NCBI GenBank assembly: GCA_965216465.1
Contig: CBDCFW010000004.1
Location: 96,001-160,000 of the forward strand
DNA length: 64,000 nucleotides
Direction of reading: 5' to 3'
Source: Bacteroidia bacterium
GTDB lineage: Bacteria > Bacteroidota > Bacteroidia > NS11-12g > UBA9320
A program made the position numbers and the translations under genes. This document shows, piece by piece, positions 10,022 through 19,151 of the stretch. Positions within the stretch are counted from its first letter, which is position 1. Every line of letters begins with the position of its first letter. The notes beneath the pieces are model-generated. The model made no database searches. It was given only the letters and a program-made list of their open reading frames with translations, and had not been told where the DNA came from.

Positions 10022-11481
10022 AGCTAATGGAATTTTATAAATCGATCGACGCCAAATTACTAAAGTCGAAACCAAAACTTTGGGTATGGGGAGCACATAT
10101 TTTTATCCCATTGGTCTTAGCAGCGTTGCTAATTCCATATGGTGCAGGTTGGCTTTTTGACATAGAACCCCTGCCTGACGTAGATGATTTAAGTTCAGTG
10201 TGCGATAAAATTGGCGTATTTATGATTGCGGTAGTTTTATTGCTTGGAGTATTGTTTTACATACGCCAAATACGCTTTAATGCCCTGCGCGTTCATCATT
10301 TTTTACCCTACAAAAATCCATTTCAACACTACGTGGTCTTTGCATTAGCACTGATTCTAATTACAGCCACTCCACATACGTTTACGCTGGGTGTTAATCA
10401 CAAGTTAAACTTTCACCTCAACGAGGCGCAATACATGAAAGACTTGAAGGTGATGAACAGAGGATATACTCATTTTGTGGAAGATGATGCTTATGAAAAC
10501 TGGTTTTATAAAACACGAGATTATAAATGGGACAGCGAGGCAAAACGGACGTACAAATTGGATGAGGCTACGGGCAAACTTATTGTGTATCGCTACAAGT
10601 TGAGAAGCATGCCAACCCCAAGTTCGTTTCGTGAATCAGAGGATTTTGTTGATCACGACATTTTAGAAGAACCTATGGAATATCCTGAAAATTATGATAA
10701 AAACATCATGTGGGATACCATAACTCGAGCCGAAGCAGAAGAGGAAATTAAAGCTTTTCTGAGTGTGAGTACTAAATATGGGGGAGAGGTAATGGCTAAA
10801 TTCAGCAATCCACAGGACATGATTGATTCTCATTTGTTGAGAAACGAATACAATTTTGGAGTAAAGTCTCCAGACCGAGAGTATTTTGATGCTCTAATTG
10901 ATAAACATAGACTTCAAGAAGTATCAGAACTTTACAATGAAGTAATTCAACCATCTTACCAATTTAATGAGGTTACCTTAGACTATTGGAAAGGTTATAT
11001 CTTTTTCGGCTTAGCATTGGCCAGTTTACTCTTTGTTATAACAGCCACAAAGCGAGCTGATTTTGGTTGGGGAATGCTCGTTTTTGTACTGACACTAATT
11101 TTATTCTTTGTGGTTACAGAAGTATTTCTGGATGGACTTGTGCGTTGGAGATATAAATTTGGTGTAGGATTATTCTCGTTTATTGGAATTTATCTAGCTG
11201 TATTGTTATGGAAAGGAAGGTTCCGAAAAGTTAAGAAAGCCTTTGCTGTGGCTGCACATTTATATGTTCCGATGGTTGTGGCTTTTATTTATGAAGCATT
11301 TGATAACTTTCATCATTGTCCGTATGACGGGTATAATCGTCAAGAAATGTGTAGTGGGTACGAGTACTTTACAAGTGAAGTGTATGACAATATGATCTAT
11401 TATTCAGTCTTATTGTCATTTTTTGTTGCCATTTGGGTGTTTAACAGATTCTACACCCGAAAATATGTACACCCGGCGTAG
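10018..11481 (+). CDS. Multi-pass membrane protein, probable partner of the ABC ATPase
   Basis: ATGA overlap with the ATPase; about 3 N-terminal TMs, a ~200 aa soluble loop, about 5 C-terminal TMs. Confidence 0.7.
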   Translation: MKLMEFYKSIDAKLLKSKPKLWVWGAHIFIPLVLAALLIPYGAGWLFDIEPLPDVDDLSSVCDKIGVFMIAVVLLLGVLFYIRQIRFNALRVHHFLPYKNPFQHYVVFALALILITATPHTFTLGVNHKLNFHLNEAQYMKDLKVMNRGYTHFVEDDAYENWFYKTRDYKWDSEAKRTYKLDEATGKLIVYRYKLRSMPTPSSFRESEDFVDHDILEEPMEYPENYDKNIMWDTITRAEAEEEIKAFLSVSTKYGGEVMAKFSNPQDMIDSHLLRNEYNFGVKSPDREYFDALIDKHRLQEVSELYNEVIQPSYQFNEVTLDYWKGYIFFGLALASLLFVITATKRADFGWGMLVFVLTLILFFVVTEVFLDGLVRWRYKFGVGLFSFIGIYLAVLLWKGRFRKVKKAFAVAAHLYVPMVVAFIYEAFDNFHHCPYDGYNRQEMCSGYEYFTSEVYDNMIYYSVLLSFFVAIWVFNRFYTRKYVHPA

Positions 11482-11484
11482 GTT

Positions 11485-11685
11485 TTAGTCTTCTTTTTGG
11501 CACTCTTGTGAAGGCATGGCTCCACAAACGGTGCAAGCTACTCCTTCTTCTTGCATCATTGGGTTTTTACCGGCACATCCACCGCGTACTTCCCCATCCT
11601 TAACGAGTATCAAACGTACTGCCATTCCAACCAATGCAATGGCTAAAACTGATAAAATAAGACCTAAAACAATGTAAAAACTCAT
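11485..11685 (-). CDS. Small single-TM Cys4 protein, NqrM (DUF539)-like
   Basis: N-terminal TM followed by GGC-x13-CxxC-x7-C; own promoter TACCTTTG at 11705-11712 (minus strand). Confidence 0.65.
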   Translation of the reverse strand: MSFYIVLGLILSVLAIALVGMAVRLILVKDGEVRGGCAGKNPMMQEEGVACTVCGAMPSQECQKED

Positions 11686-11822
11686 AGCTTGTTAATTGTA
11701 CGTGCAAAGGTACAATATTGTTCACTTACACGCTCATTTATATGTCAGATTTGGCAGTTTAAAGAATATTGTAACTTTTTTGGCGCTATATTCGTAGTGT
11801 TGTAAATAGCCAACAATCAAAT

Positions 11823-12038
11823 ATGCAACGCCTAAAAAAAATCAGCAAAACTACCGTTGTCATTCTTGTGTTACTTGTTCTAAACATTGTTGCGTTTAGT
11901 GTAATTAGCTCAAAAATTAGTGACACTAAGGAAGAAGTTGCTGAAATATCTTCACATCCAGACAATAACTCCTACTTTCATTCAGGGGTCAATGTATTGA
12001 ACTGGAGCTATACCTTATTGAAGTACTTCAGAAGGTAA
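11823..12038 (+). CDS. Small membrane-anchored hypothetical protein
   Basis: Basic N-terminus, TM helix, aromatic amphipathic C-terminus; A-rich initiation region; TATATTCG -7-like element at 11787-11794. Confidence 0.65.
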   Translation: MQRLKKISKTTVVILVLLVLNIVAFSVISSKISDTKEEVAEISSHPDNNSYFHSGVNVLNWSYTLLKYFRR

Positions 12039-12118
12039 ATTCCATAGATATATTTAATGCTTTCAGCCATTGATTAGGGCTGAGCTGATTTCTTTATTTA
12101 ATTTTGATAGCATTATTC

Positions 12119-13186
12119 ATGGCTGTTCGACAAGGTGCATTTATAAACTCAGCGTTTTATAAGACTATAACTAAGTATAACATTCATCACATTTTTATGT
12201 GGTTGGTGTATTACTTGTTTTGGGTTTATGTAATTAGCCCAGGTGTTACGCTTTCAGATTTCTATATCAATTCGCTGGTTATTGTTGCTATACAAGCCGT
12301 TGTGAGTTATTTCAATATTTACTACCTGTTTCCTGTCTTTCTACTCAAGCGGAACTATCTGCTGTACTTTGTGGCTGCAGTTCTTGCAATTAGTTTGGGT
12401 ACCCTCCTTGAATCAGGTACCTTCCTAATCTTAGATACCATATCGTTAGAAGAAAAAACAGGTCTTCTTTCTCCAAAATACTTGTTACTTACTGCCTTGA
12501 CGATTACGTATACGGTGGCAATTACGATGAGTTTAAAGCTCATAAAACACTGGTACGAAAAAGAACGATTAACAAAAGAACTAGAAAAGCTCAATACCGA
12601 AACAGAACTTAAATATCTCAAATCGCAGATTAACCCACACTTTTTGTTTAACAGTTTGAATAGCGTTTATGCACTCGCTCTTCAAAAATCTGATCTAGCA
12701 CCAGAGTTGATACTTAAGTTGAGTGACATCCTGCGCTATATTTTGTATGAAGGAAGTGAGAAGAAAGTGAGCCTTTCGCAAGAGATCAAGTACCTTAAAA
12801 GTTACTTGGAACTAGAAAAAGTGCGTCACGGTGATCGCATGGATTTGGCGATTGAGATAGAAGGAGATACAGAATCAAAAGAAATTGCACCCATGTTATT
12901 GATACCTTTTGTAGAAAACAGTTTTAAGCATGGATTAGGAAAGAATATAGCAAAAGGCTACGTGAAAGTAACTGTACAAACACACGACGATAGAATTCAT
13001 TTTGAGATTGCGAATAGCAAGCCTAAAAATGGAAGTGAAGTATCTAAACGTAAAAACTATAATGGAGGAATAGGGTTGCTCAATGTGAAGAAAAGACTGA
13101 ATTTACTCTATCCTAAAAAACATCAATTGGATATAATTGGTGAAGAGAAAGAATTTAAAGTAATACTCGATATAAATTTAAACTAA
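12119..13186 (+). CDS. LytS/YehU-family sensor histidine kinase
   Basis: 'LKSQINPHFLFNSLN', 'PFVENSFKHG', 'GGIGLLNV'; 4 N-terminal TMs. ATG 12119 is preferred because TTG 12104 lies inside a TAATTTTG promoter element. Confidence 0.92.
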   Translation: MAVRQGAFINSAFYKTITKYNIHHIFMWLVYYLFWVYVISPGVTLSDFYINSLVIVAIQAVVSYFNIYYLFPVFLLKRNYLLYFVAAVLAISLGTLLESGTFLILDTISLEEKTGLLSPKYLLLTALTITYTVAITMSLKLIKHWYEKERLTKELEKLNTETELKYLKSQINPHFLFNSLNSVYALALQKSDLAPELILKLSDILRYILYEGSEKKVSLSQEIKYLKSYLELEKVRHGDRMDLAIEIEGDTESKEIAPMLLIPFVENSFKHGLGKNIAKGYVKVTVQTHDDRIHFEIANSKPKNGSEVSKRKNYNGGIGLLNVKKRLNLLYPKKHQLDIIGEEKEFKVILDINLN

Positions 13187-13195
13187 CAAAATATT

Positions 13196-13906
13196 ATGAA
13201 TTGTATAGCTGTAGACGACGAACCATTGGCTTTGGACATCATTGAAAACTACGTAAAAAAACATCCAGACTTAAACCTAATTGCTCGCTGCAATAATGCG
13301 GCAGAGGCAAGTGAAATCTTAAAAACAAGAAAAGTTGACCTTATGTTTCTTGACATTCAAATGCCAGAAATTAGCGGATTGAGCTTTATTAAGTCTTTGG
13401 AGAATAAGCCACTTTTTATGTTTACCACCGCGTATCCTGATTATGCCGTGCAAGGTTTTGAACTCGACGCAATTGACTACCTTTTGAAGCCAATCGCATA
13501 TGACCGTTTTGAACGAGGAGTAGAGAAGGCAAAAGAGTATTTCAATATTAAAAACAATGCTGAAGTAGCTGAAACTGACTTAGAGAACGAATTCATTTTC
13601 GTAAAAGCAAATCAAAAATTGATTAAACTTGCTTACAGTGAAATCTATTATGTAGAAGCATTTGCGGATTATGTGAAAATATTTTTAGCGGATAAAAAGA
13701 TTGTAACCCTACAAACTATGAAAAATATGGAGAAAAAGCTTCCAAGCGATTTCTTCTCTCGAGTGCATCGATCATTCATCGTAAATCGAAATCATATTGA
13801 GTCTTTTTCAACTTCAATGTGTGAAGTAAACGGTGTTCGAATTCCAATCGGAAAGAATTACAAAGACGGATTTATTTCGCTGATGAAGCAAAACAACATG
13901 CTCTAA
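13196..13906 (+). CDS. LytTR-family response regulator
   Basis: REC domain 'VDDEPLA...FLDIQMP...DYLLKP' and LytTR 'FSRVHRSFIVN'. Confidence 0.95.
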   Translation: MNCIAVDDEPLALDIIENYVKKHPDLNLIARCNNAAEASEILKTRKVDLMFLDIQMPEISGLSFIKSLENKPLFMFTTAYPDYAVQGFELDAIDYLLKPIAYDRFERGVEKAKEYFNIKNNAEVAETDLENEFIFVKANQKLIKLAYSEIYYVEAFADYVKIFLADKKIVTLQTMKNMEKKLPSDFFSRVHRSFIVNRNHIESFSTSMCEVNGVRIPIGKNYKDGFISLMKQNNML

Positions 13907-14659
13907 ATGGATCAAAGACTTAAGGCTTTTGAACGTCTGCTAGACATTATGGATGATCTACGGGAGAAATGTCCGTGGGATCGCAAGCAAACAAACAAAT
14001 CGCTTCGCCATTTAACCATTGAAGAAACCTACGAGCTGAGTGATGCTTTAATGGCAGAGGATAATGAGGAGATAAAAAAGGAGCTAGGAGACTTATTCTT
14101 ACACCTAGTCTTCTATTCTAAAATTGGAGAAGAGAAAGGTGCGTTTGATGTAACTGAGGTGTTAAACGCAGTTTGTGAAAAATTGATCAATCGACACCCG
14201 CACATATATGGTGATGTATCAGTAAAAGATGACGAGGAGGTAAAACAAAACTGGGAACAGATTAAACTGAAAGAAGGAAATAAATCAGTTTTAGGCGGTG
14301 TACCTAATTCTTTGCCCAGTTTGGTAAAAGCTTCAAGAATGCAAGACAAGGCCGCTCAAGTTGGTTTTGATTGGCCTGAAAAGTCTGATGTTTGGGACAA
14401 GGTTGAAGAAGAACTCCAAGAATTTAAAGAGGCAGAAGGAGAGGAGAAGGAAAAAGAGTTTGGTGACCTGCTTTTCAGTCTGGTAAACTATGCACGATGG
14501 CTAGATATCAATCCTGATGATGCATTAGAACAAACCAATGTTAAGTTCAAGAAGCGCTTTGAAGCCATTGAGCAGTTTGCTAAAAACAACGGACGTAATC
14601 TTAAAGAAATGACGCTGGAAGAAATGGATGCGATTTGGGAAGAGGCTAAATCATCTTAG
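13907..14659 (+). CDS. mazG: Nucleoside triphosphate pyrophosphohydrolase MazG
   Basis: 'CPWDRKQT', 'EETYEL', 'ELGDL', 'KLINRHPHIYG', second 'EFGDLLF' repeat. Confidence 0.95.
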   Translation: MDQRLKAFERLLDIMDDLREKCPWDRKQTNKSLRHLTIEETYELSDALMAEDNEEIKKELGDLFLHLVFYSKIGEEKGAFDVTEVLNAVCEKLINRHPHIYGDVSVKDDEEVKQNWEQIKLKEGNKSVLGGVPNSLPSLVKASRMQDKAAQVGFDWPEKSDVWDKVEEELQEFKEAEGEEKEKEFGDLLFSLVNYARWLDINPDDALEQTNVKFKKRFEAIEQFAKNNGRNLKEMTLEEMDAIWEEAKSS

Positions 14660-15307
14660 CTACTTGTGGATGTGATAGATAAACTCTTTGCTGACCAGTT
14701 CGAACCCTTGATTTTCAAAAAAACCAATGCCCTCTTTGTTGCTCGCTTGAGTGGTAACATAAACTTCATGGTATCCTTTTTCTTTCACTTGAGAGATAGC
14801 ATGGCTAAATAAACGTGAAGCTAAATGCTTTTTACGATGGTTTGGATGAACTGCCATCAAGTCAAAAAGATTGTGATTAAAACTAACAAAACCGGTAATT
14901 TGATTTGACTCTACCTGTGCATAGGTGTCTTGATTCAAGCACTTATAAGCCCATAATTCATACAACTCTTTGAATTTAGGTTCAAGCTTTGGATCTTTTT
15001 TAAATCTGCTTTGATGTCCAGCTTCAATACTGAGTTTTTGTAAAGATTCAACCCATTTTTCATCGTTTAGAACTTCAACATCAGACATTATTTCTGCAGA
15101 AAACTGATTTAAATCTAGACTAAAAGTGAGTCTTTGCTCTATAAGACTTGAAGACCAACTTGAATCTTGTTCAATTTGACTGAAAACATAGACCGTATCA
15201 AAATCTACCTCATTTAAATAATCAATGGAGTAATGATTTTCCAGAATAAGCTTCCCAACCTTGCGTTCGAAAAACTTAGAATCCCAATTCAGCAATTCTA
15301 TATTCAT
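14660..15307 (-). CDS. GNAT acetyltransferase (WecD/RffC-like)
   Basis: 'LNWDSKFF', 'SRFKKDP', 'AVHPNHRKKHLA', 'VTTQASN...FFENQGF'. Confidence 0.75.
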   Translation of the reverse strand: MNIELLNWDSKFFERKVGKLILENHYSIDYLNEVDFDTVYVFSQIEQDSSWSSSLIEQRLTFSLDLNQFSAEIMSDVEVLNDEKWVESLQKLSIEAGHQSRFKKDPKLEPKFKELYELWAYKCLNQDTYAQVESNQITGFVSFNHNLFDLMAVHPNHRKKHLASRLFSHAISQVKEKGYHEVYVTTQASNKEGIGFFENQGFELVSKEFIYHIHK

Positions 15308-15441
15308 ACCGTAGTCAATTCAAACCTACTGTCTTTTGTTAAAAAGCCAAAAGATGAAGATGATTTTGGATAATAAAATTGAAGATTCAAAGTTTTATGA
15401 GTAACAAGCCGTAATTTGGCAGCATATTTGAGATAACTTAC

Positions 15442-16707
15442 GTGATGAAACTTCGGTTAACCATTCTTTTTTTATTGGTGTCAACGGTTAAACTATTTGC
15501 CCAAGACTCACTTTATAATAATACTGTCTTTGTCGATGACATCCGAACAGTAATTTTACAAAAGAACATTTCTATTTACGACCCACAGCCAATGATCAGA
15601 CTTGGAGGAAGTGAGCAGTTGCGATTGTCTTTCGATCAATTGAAACCAACGAACGAGTTTTACAATTATTCGGTCGTGCATTGTGACCACAATTGGAAAC
15701 CTAGCGACCTGCTTCCCATGGATTATGTTTCTGGAAATTTAATGGGAGAGATTACTGATTACAAGTTTTCAACTAACACGTATAAGCAATACACACATTA
15801 CAGTCTTGTTTTTCCGAATGATGAAATGCAATTGACCAAGTCAGGAAATTATATCATAAAGATTTATCGAAATTTTGATGAGAATGATGTGGTTTTGACC
15901 CGTCGATTTATGGTTCTTGACCAGCAAACCAAGTTGTCGTGCAACGTGAAGAGTGCAACTCCTTCTGAGTTTAGATTCTCACATCAAGAGGTTGATTTTG
16001 AAATAAACTATGAAGGATATGCAATCCCAAATCCATATTTAGATCTTAATGTGACAATCTTGCAAAACAACAGCTGGAACAATGCAATTTATGAGCTTAA
16101 ACCGTTGTTTGTGAATGGAAATGTATTGTCTTTTAATTATGAGGATAAGAACTTGTTTCCGGGAACAAATGAGTTTCGCTTCTTTGATATAAGGTCTCTT
16201 CGTTTTTTCAGTAATCAGGTGACAAAGAAATACTTTGATAGTGTACAGAATGTTGTTTTAAAACCAGATGAATTGAAATCTCATCTTGCCTACACTCGAT
16301 GGATAGATTACAATGGTAAGCGGGTTATACGAAATCGAGATGGAGTGAATATTGTTGAAGATGGCGACTATGCGATGGTGCATTTCTATTTAAAGTCAAA
16401 AGACAAATCTCATATCGGTGATATGTACATTTATGGTGAACTTACGGATTGGCAATTACAAGATCGATTTAAGATGAAGTATTGGCCAGATTACGAAATG
16501 TATTCTTGTTCAGTTTTACTTAAACAAAGTTTCTATGATTATCATTATGTGATGAAAGATCGTGAAGGAAATATCGAGTATAGCTTTACAGAAGGGAATC
16601 ATCAAGAAACCGAAAATGACTACACCATTTTGGTTTATCACAAGAATGTATATTATGGTTACGATGAGTTGATTGGTACTATAAATTACAACACCATCAA
16701 TAAGTAA
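15442..16707 (+). CDS. DUF5103 protein (T9SS SprA plug-like)
   Basis: Signal peptide; 'LSFDQL', 'HCDHNWKPS', 'SGNYIIKIY', 'NEFRFFDIR', 'EGNHQETENDY' as recalled for DUF5103. Confidence 0.75.
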   Translation: MMKLRLTILFLLVSTVKLFAQDSLYNNTVFVDDIRTVILQKNISIYDPQPMIRLGGSEQLRLSFDQLKPTNEFYNYSVVHCDHNWKPSDLLPMDYVSGNLMGEITDYKFSTNTYKQYTHYSLVFPNDEMQLTKSGNYIIKIYRNFDENDVVLTRRFMVLDQQTKLSCNVKSATPSEFRFSHQEVDFEINYEGYAIPNPYLDLNVTILQNNSWNNAIYELKPLFVNGNVLSFNYEDKNLFPGTNEFRFFDIRSLRFFSNQVTKKYFDSVQNVVLKPDELKSHLAYTRWIDYNGKRVIRNRDGVNIVEDGDYAMVHFYLKSKDKSHIGDMYIYGELTDWQLQDRFKMKYWPDYEMYSCSVLLKQSFYDYHYVMKDREGNIEYSFTEGNHQETENDYTILVYHKNVYYGYDELIGTINYNTINK

Positions 16708-16745
16708 TTTTAGAAAAGTTTAGGTAGTATATCTTCGTTCTTTAC

Positions 16746-17843
16746 ATGAACGACGATTTGCTTTACAAACTCGCGTTAACCCAAATTTCAGGCATAGGAT
16801 CGGTACTTTCTAAGAGCTTAATCGGTTACTGTGGTGGAGTAAAATCAGTTTTTAACACTTCTCTATCAAGACTTGAAAAAACTCCAGGAGTAGGGTCTAA
16901 ATTGGCCTATAATATTCACAAATTCAGAGACTTTACTCGGATAGAAGAAGAGCTCCGATTTATAGAAAAACATAAAATTGAGGTGTTGTTCTACTTGGAT
17001 GAGCACTATCCGGTTAGACTCAAAAATATCCCAGATGCTCCTGTTGTGTTGTTCAAGAAAGGAAAGGCAAATCTTTCACCTCCGCGTATAATAGCAATCG
17101 TAGGAACTCGAAAGATGTCATCATATGGCAAAACTTTTTTAAGCAATCTTATTCAAGAATTATCAGGCTATAATGTTACGATCGTTAGTGGTTTGGCTTA
17201 TGGCGTGGATATCTGGGCTCACCGATTATGTATAAAGCATGAAATAGTTACTTGTGCAGTTCTGGCTCATGGTTTAGATCGGTTGTATCCAAGCGTTCAC
17301 TCTGGCACAGCTGCTAACATTGGTAAGGGAGGAGGAGCCTTACTATGCGAACATTTTTCAGGAACCAATCCAGATCGTGAGAATTTTCCCAAGAGAAATC
17401 GAATTGTTGCAGGATTGGTAGACGCTGTTATAGTTGTAGAATCTGGCGAGAAAGGAGGGTCTATTATTACTGCAGATTTGGCAAACCAATACAATCGAGA
17501 TGTACTGGCCTTGCCCGGAAATATTGATCAAAGGAATTCGAAAGGGTGCAATTGGCTAATCAAGAATCATAAAGCCCATGTTATTGAAGATATATCAGAT
17601 TTGGTTAAGATTTTAAACTGGGATATTGAAGCACCACAAACCAAACAAGCCGAATTGTTTGTTGAATTGAATGATGATGAACGCAATGTTCTAAACCTGA
17701 TTAGAGAGCAAGGTATTGTGCGAGTTGATGAATTAATGATTAAGACACGGCAAAAAACTTCTCAGATTGCCACCAGTTTGTTAGAACTTGAAATGAAAAA
17801 TTGTATCGTTGCACTGCCTGGGAAAAGATACAAGGCCGTATGA
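16746..17843 (+). CDS. dprA: DNA-processing protein DprA
   Basis: 'AIVGTR', 'VSGLAYGVD', 'FPKRNRIVAG', 'GGSIITA', C-terminal winged helix. Confidence 0.95.
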   Translation: MNDDLLYKLALTQISGIGSVLSKSLIGYCGGVKSVFNTSLSRLEKTPGVGSKLAYNIHKFRDFTRIEEELRFIEKHKIEVLFYLDEHYPVRLKNIPDAPVVLFKKGKANLSPPRIIAIVGTRKMSSYGKTFLSNLIQELSGYNVTIVSGLAYGVDIWAHRLCIKHEIVTCAVLAHGLDRLYPSVHSGTAANIGKGGGALLCEHFSGTNPDRENFPKRNRIVAGLVDAVIVVESGEKGGSIITADLANQYNRDVLALPGNIDQRNSKGCNWLIKNHKAHVIEDISDLVKILNWDIEAPQTKQAELFVELNDDERNVLNLIREQGIVRVDELMIKTRQKTSQIATSLLELEMKNCIVALPGKRYKAV

Positions 17844-19024
17844 GCTTAGATCCAATACATAAAAGCGATTTTGATTTTGATCTACCTGATGATCGAATTG
17901 CAAAATTTCCTTTAGAGAATCGCTCTGATTCAAAGCTTCTGGTTTATCGTGATGAAACTATTGAGCTCAATCAATTTAAGCACATTGGTGAATTTTTAAA
18001 CGAAGGTAGCTTGTTGGTAATGAACAACGCCAAGGTAATTCCTGCTAGACTTTACTTTAAACGAGCCAGTGGTGCCGCCATTGAGATTTTGCTTCTTGAA
18101 CCCGTGCTTCCTGCAAGTTATGAAGAGGCGTTTAATGCGAAGGGATCAACACGATGGAAGTGCATTATTGGCAATTCAAAGAAGTGGAAAGATGATGAAC
18201 GAATATTCTTCGCTGAGCATCCTGAATTAATCTACGCAATACTCATCGACCGAGAACAACGAATTGTTGAATTAAATTGGGACTCAGAAATCAACTTCAC
18301 AACGATGTTAGATAAGATTGGTGAATTGCCATTGCCTCCTTATCTCAATCGAAGTACTGAAGAAAGTGATTATAAGACGTACCAAACTGTTTTTGCAAAG
18401 AAGGAAGGATCCGTGGCAGCACCAACTGCAGGACTGCATTTTACGGATGATGTTTTTGAAAACTTAGCTTCAAAGTCAATTGATAGGGCAGAGGTCACAC
18501 TTCATGTAGGAGCAGGTACATTTTTACCTGTAAAGGAAGAAAACGTGCTTAATCATGATATGCATCGTGAACATTTTGAAGTTTCAAAGTCAACTATTGC
18601 TCAGTTTATGGAAGCCAAAGAAATGGTTGCTGTGGGCACGACGACACTTCGCGTTTTGGAAAGTCTGTATTGGCTTGGTGTGCAGCTAGATTCAGGCAAT
18701 ACAAATCTTCTTGTTAAAAAATTGGAGCCTTACGAAGTGAGTTCTGATTTGAGTTATAAAGATGCACTCCGAGCGATAATAAAATATTTGGAGTCTGTTG
18801 GTTCAGATAGTCTTCAAGCCGCTACAGAGATCATGATATTGCCTCATTACAGGTTAAAAAGTATAAAGGCTTTGATTACCAATTTCCACCTACCAAAAAG
18901 CACATTGTTAATGTTAATTGGAAGTGCAATTGGAGGTGAATGGAAGAAAATATATAAAACAGCATTAGATAATGACTTTCGTTTCTTAAGCTATGGCGAC
19001 AGCAGCTTGCTGTATGTGAAATAA
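17840..19024 (+). CDS. queA: S-adenosylmethionine:tRNA ribosyltransferase-isomerase
   Basis: 'FDFDLPDDRIAKFP', 'PLPPYL', 'YQTVFA', 'AAPTAGLHF', 'TNFHLPKSTLL', 'FLSYGD'; ATG 17840 overlaps the dprA stop. Confidence 0.95.
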   Translation: MSLDPIHKSDFDFDLPDDRIAKFPLENRSDSKLLVYRDETIELNQFKHIGEFLNEGSLLVMNNAKVIPARLYFKRASGAAIEILLLEPVLPASYEEAFNAKGSTRWKCIIGNSKKWKDDERIFFAEHPELIYAILIDREQRIVELNWDSEINFTTMLDKIGELPLPPYLNRSTEESDYKTYQTVFAKKEGSVAAPTAGLHFTDDVFENLASKSIDRAEVTLHVGAGTFLPVKEENVLNHDMHREHFEVSKSTIAQFMEAKEMVAVGTTTLRVLESLYWLGVQLDSGNTNLLVKKLEPYEVSSDLSYKDALRAIIKYLESVGSDSLQAATEIMILPHYRLKSIKALITNFHLPKSTLLMLIGSAIGGEWKKIYKTALDNDFRFLSYGDSSLLYVK

Positions 19025-19042
19025 GTTATTTTTGCTTGCAAC

Positions 19043-19116
19043 GGGGAATTAGCTCAGTTGGCTAGAGCGCTACACTGGCAGTGTAGAGGCCACCGGTTCG
19101 AGCCCGGTATTCTCCA
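19043..19116 (+). tRNA. tRNA-Ala(GGC)
   Basis: Cloverleaf; anticodon arm CTACA-CTGGCAG-TGTAG; G3:U70 pair; CCA not encoded. Confidence 0.95.
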
Positions 19117-19117
19117 C

Positions 19118-19150
19118 AAAAAAGCCTAGATACTTCGTCTAGGCTTTTTT
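19118..19150. terminator. Bidirectional intrinsic terminator
   Basis: AAAAAAGCCTAGA...TCTAGGCTTTTTT between convergent genes. Confidence 0.85.
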
Positions 19151-19151
19151 A

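Noticed and set aside
13907-15307. mazG plus GNAT as a toxin-antitoxin or anti-phage module
   Set aside because: MazG is the housekeeping tandem-domain type, the GNAT is convergent and WecD-like, and no antitoxin-like ORF is present.
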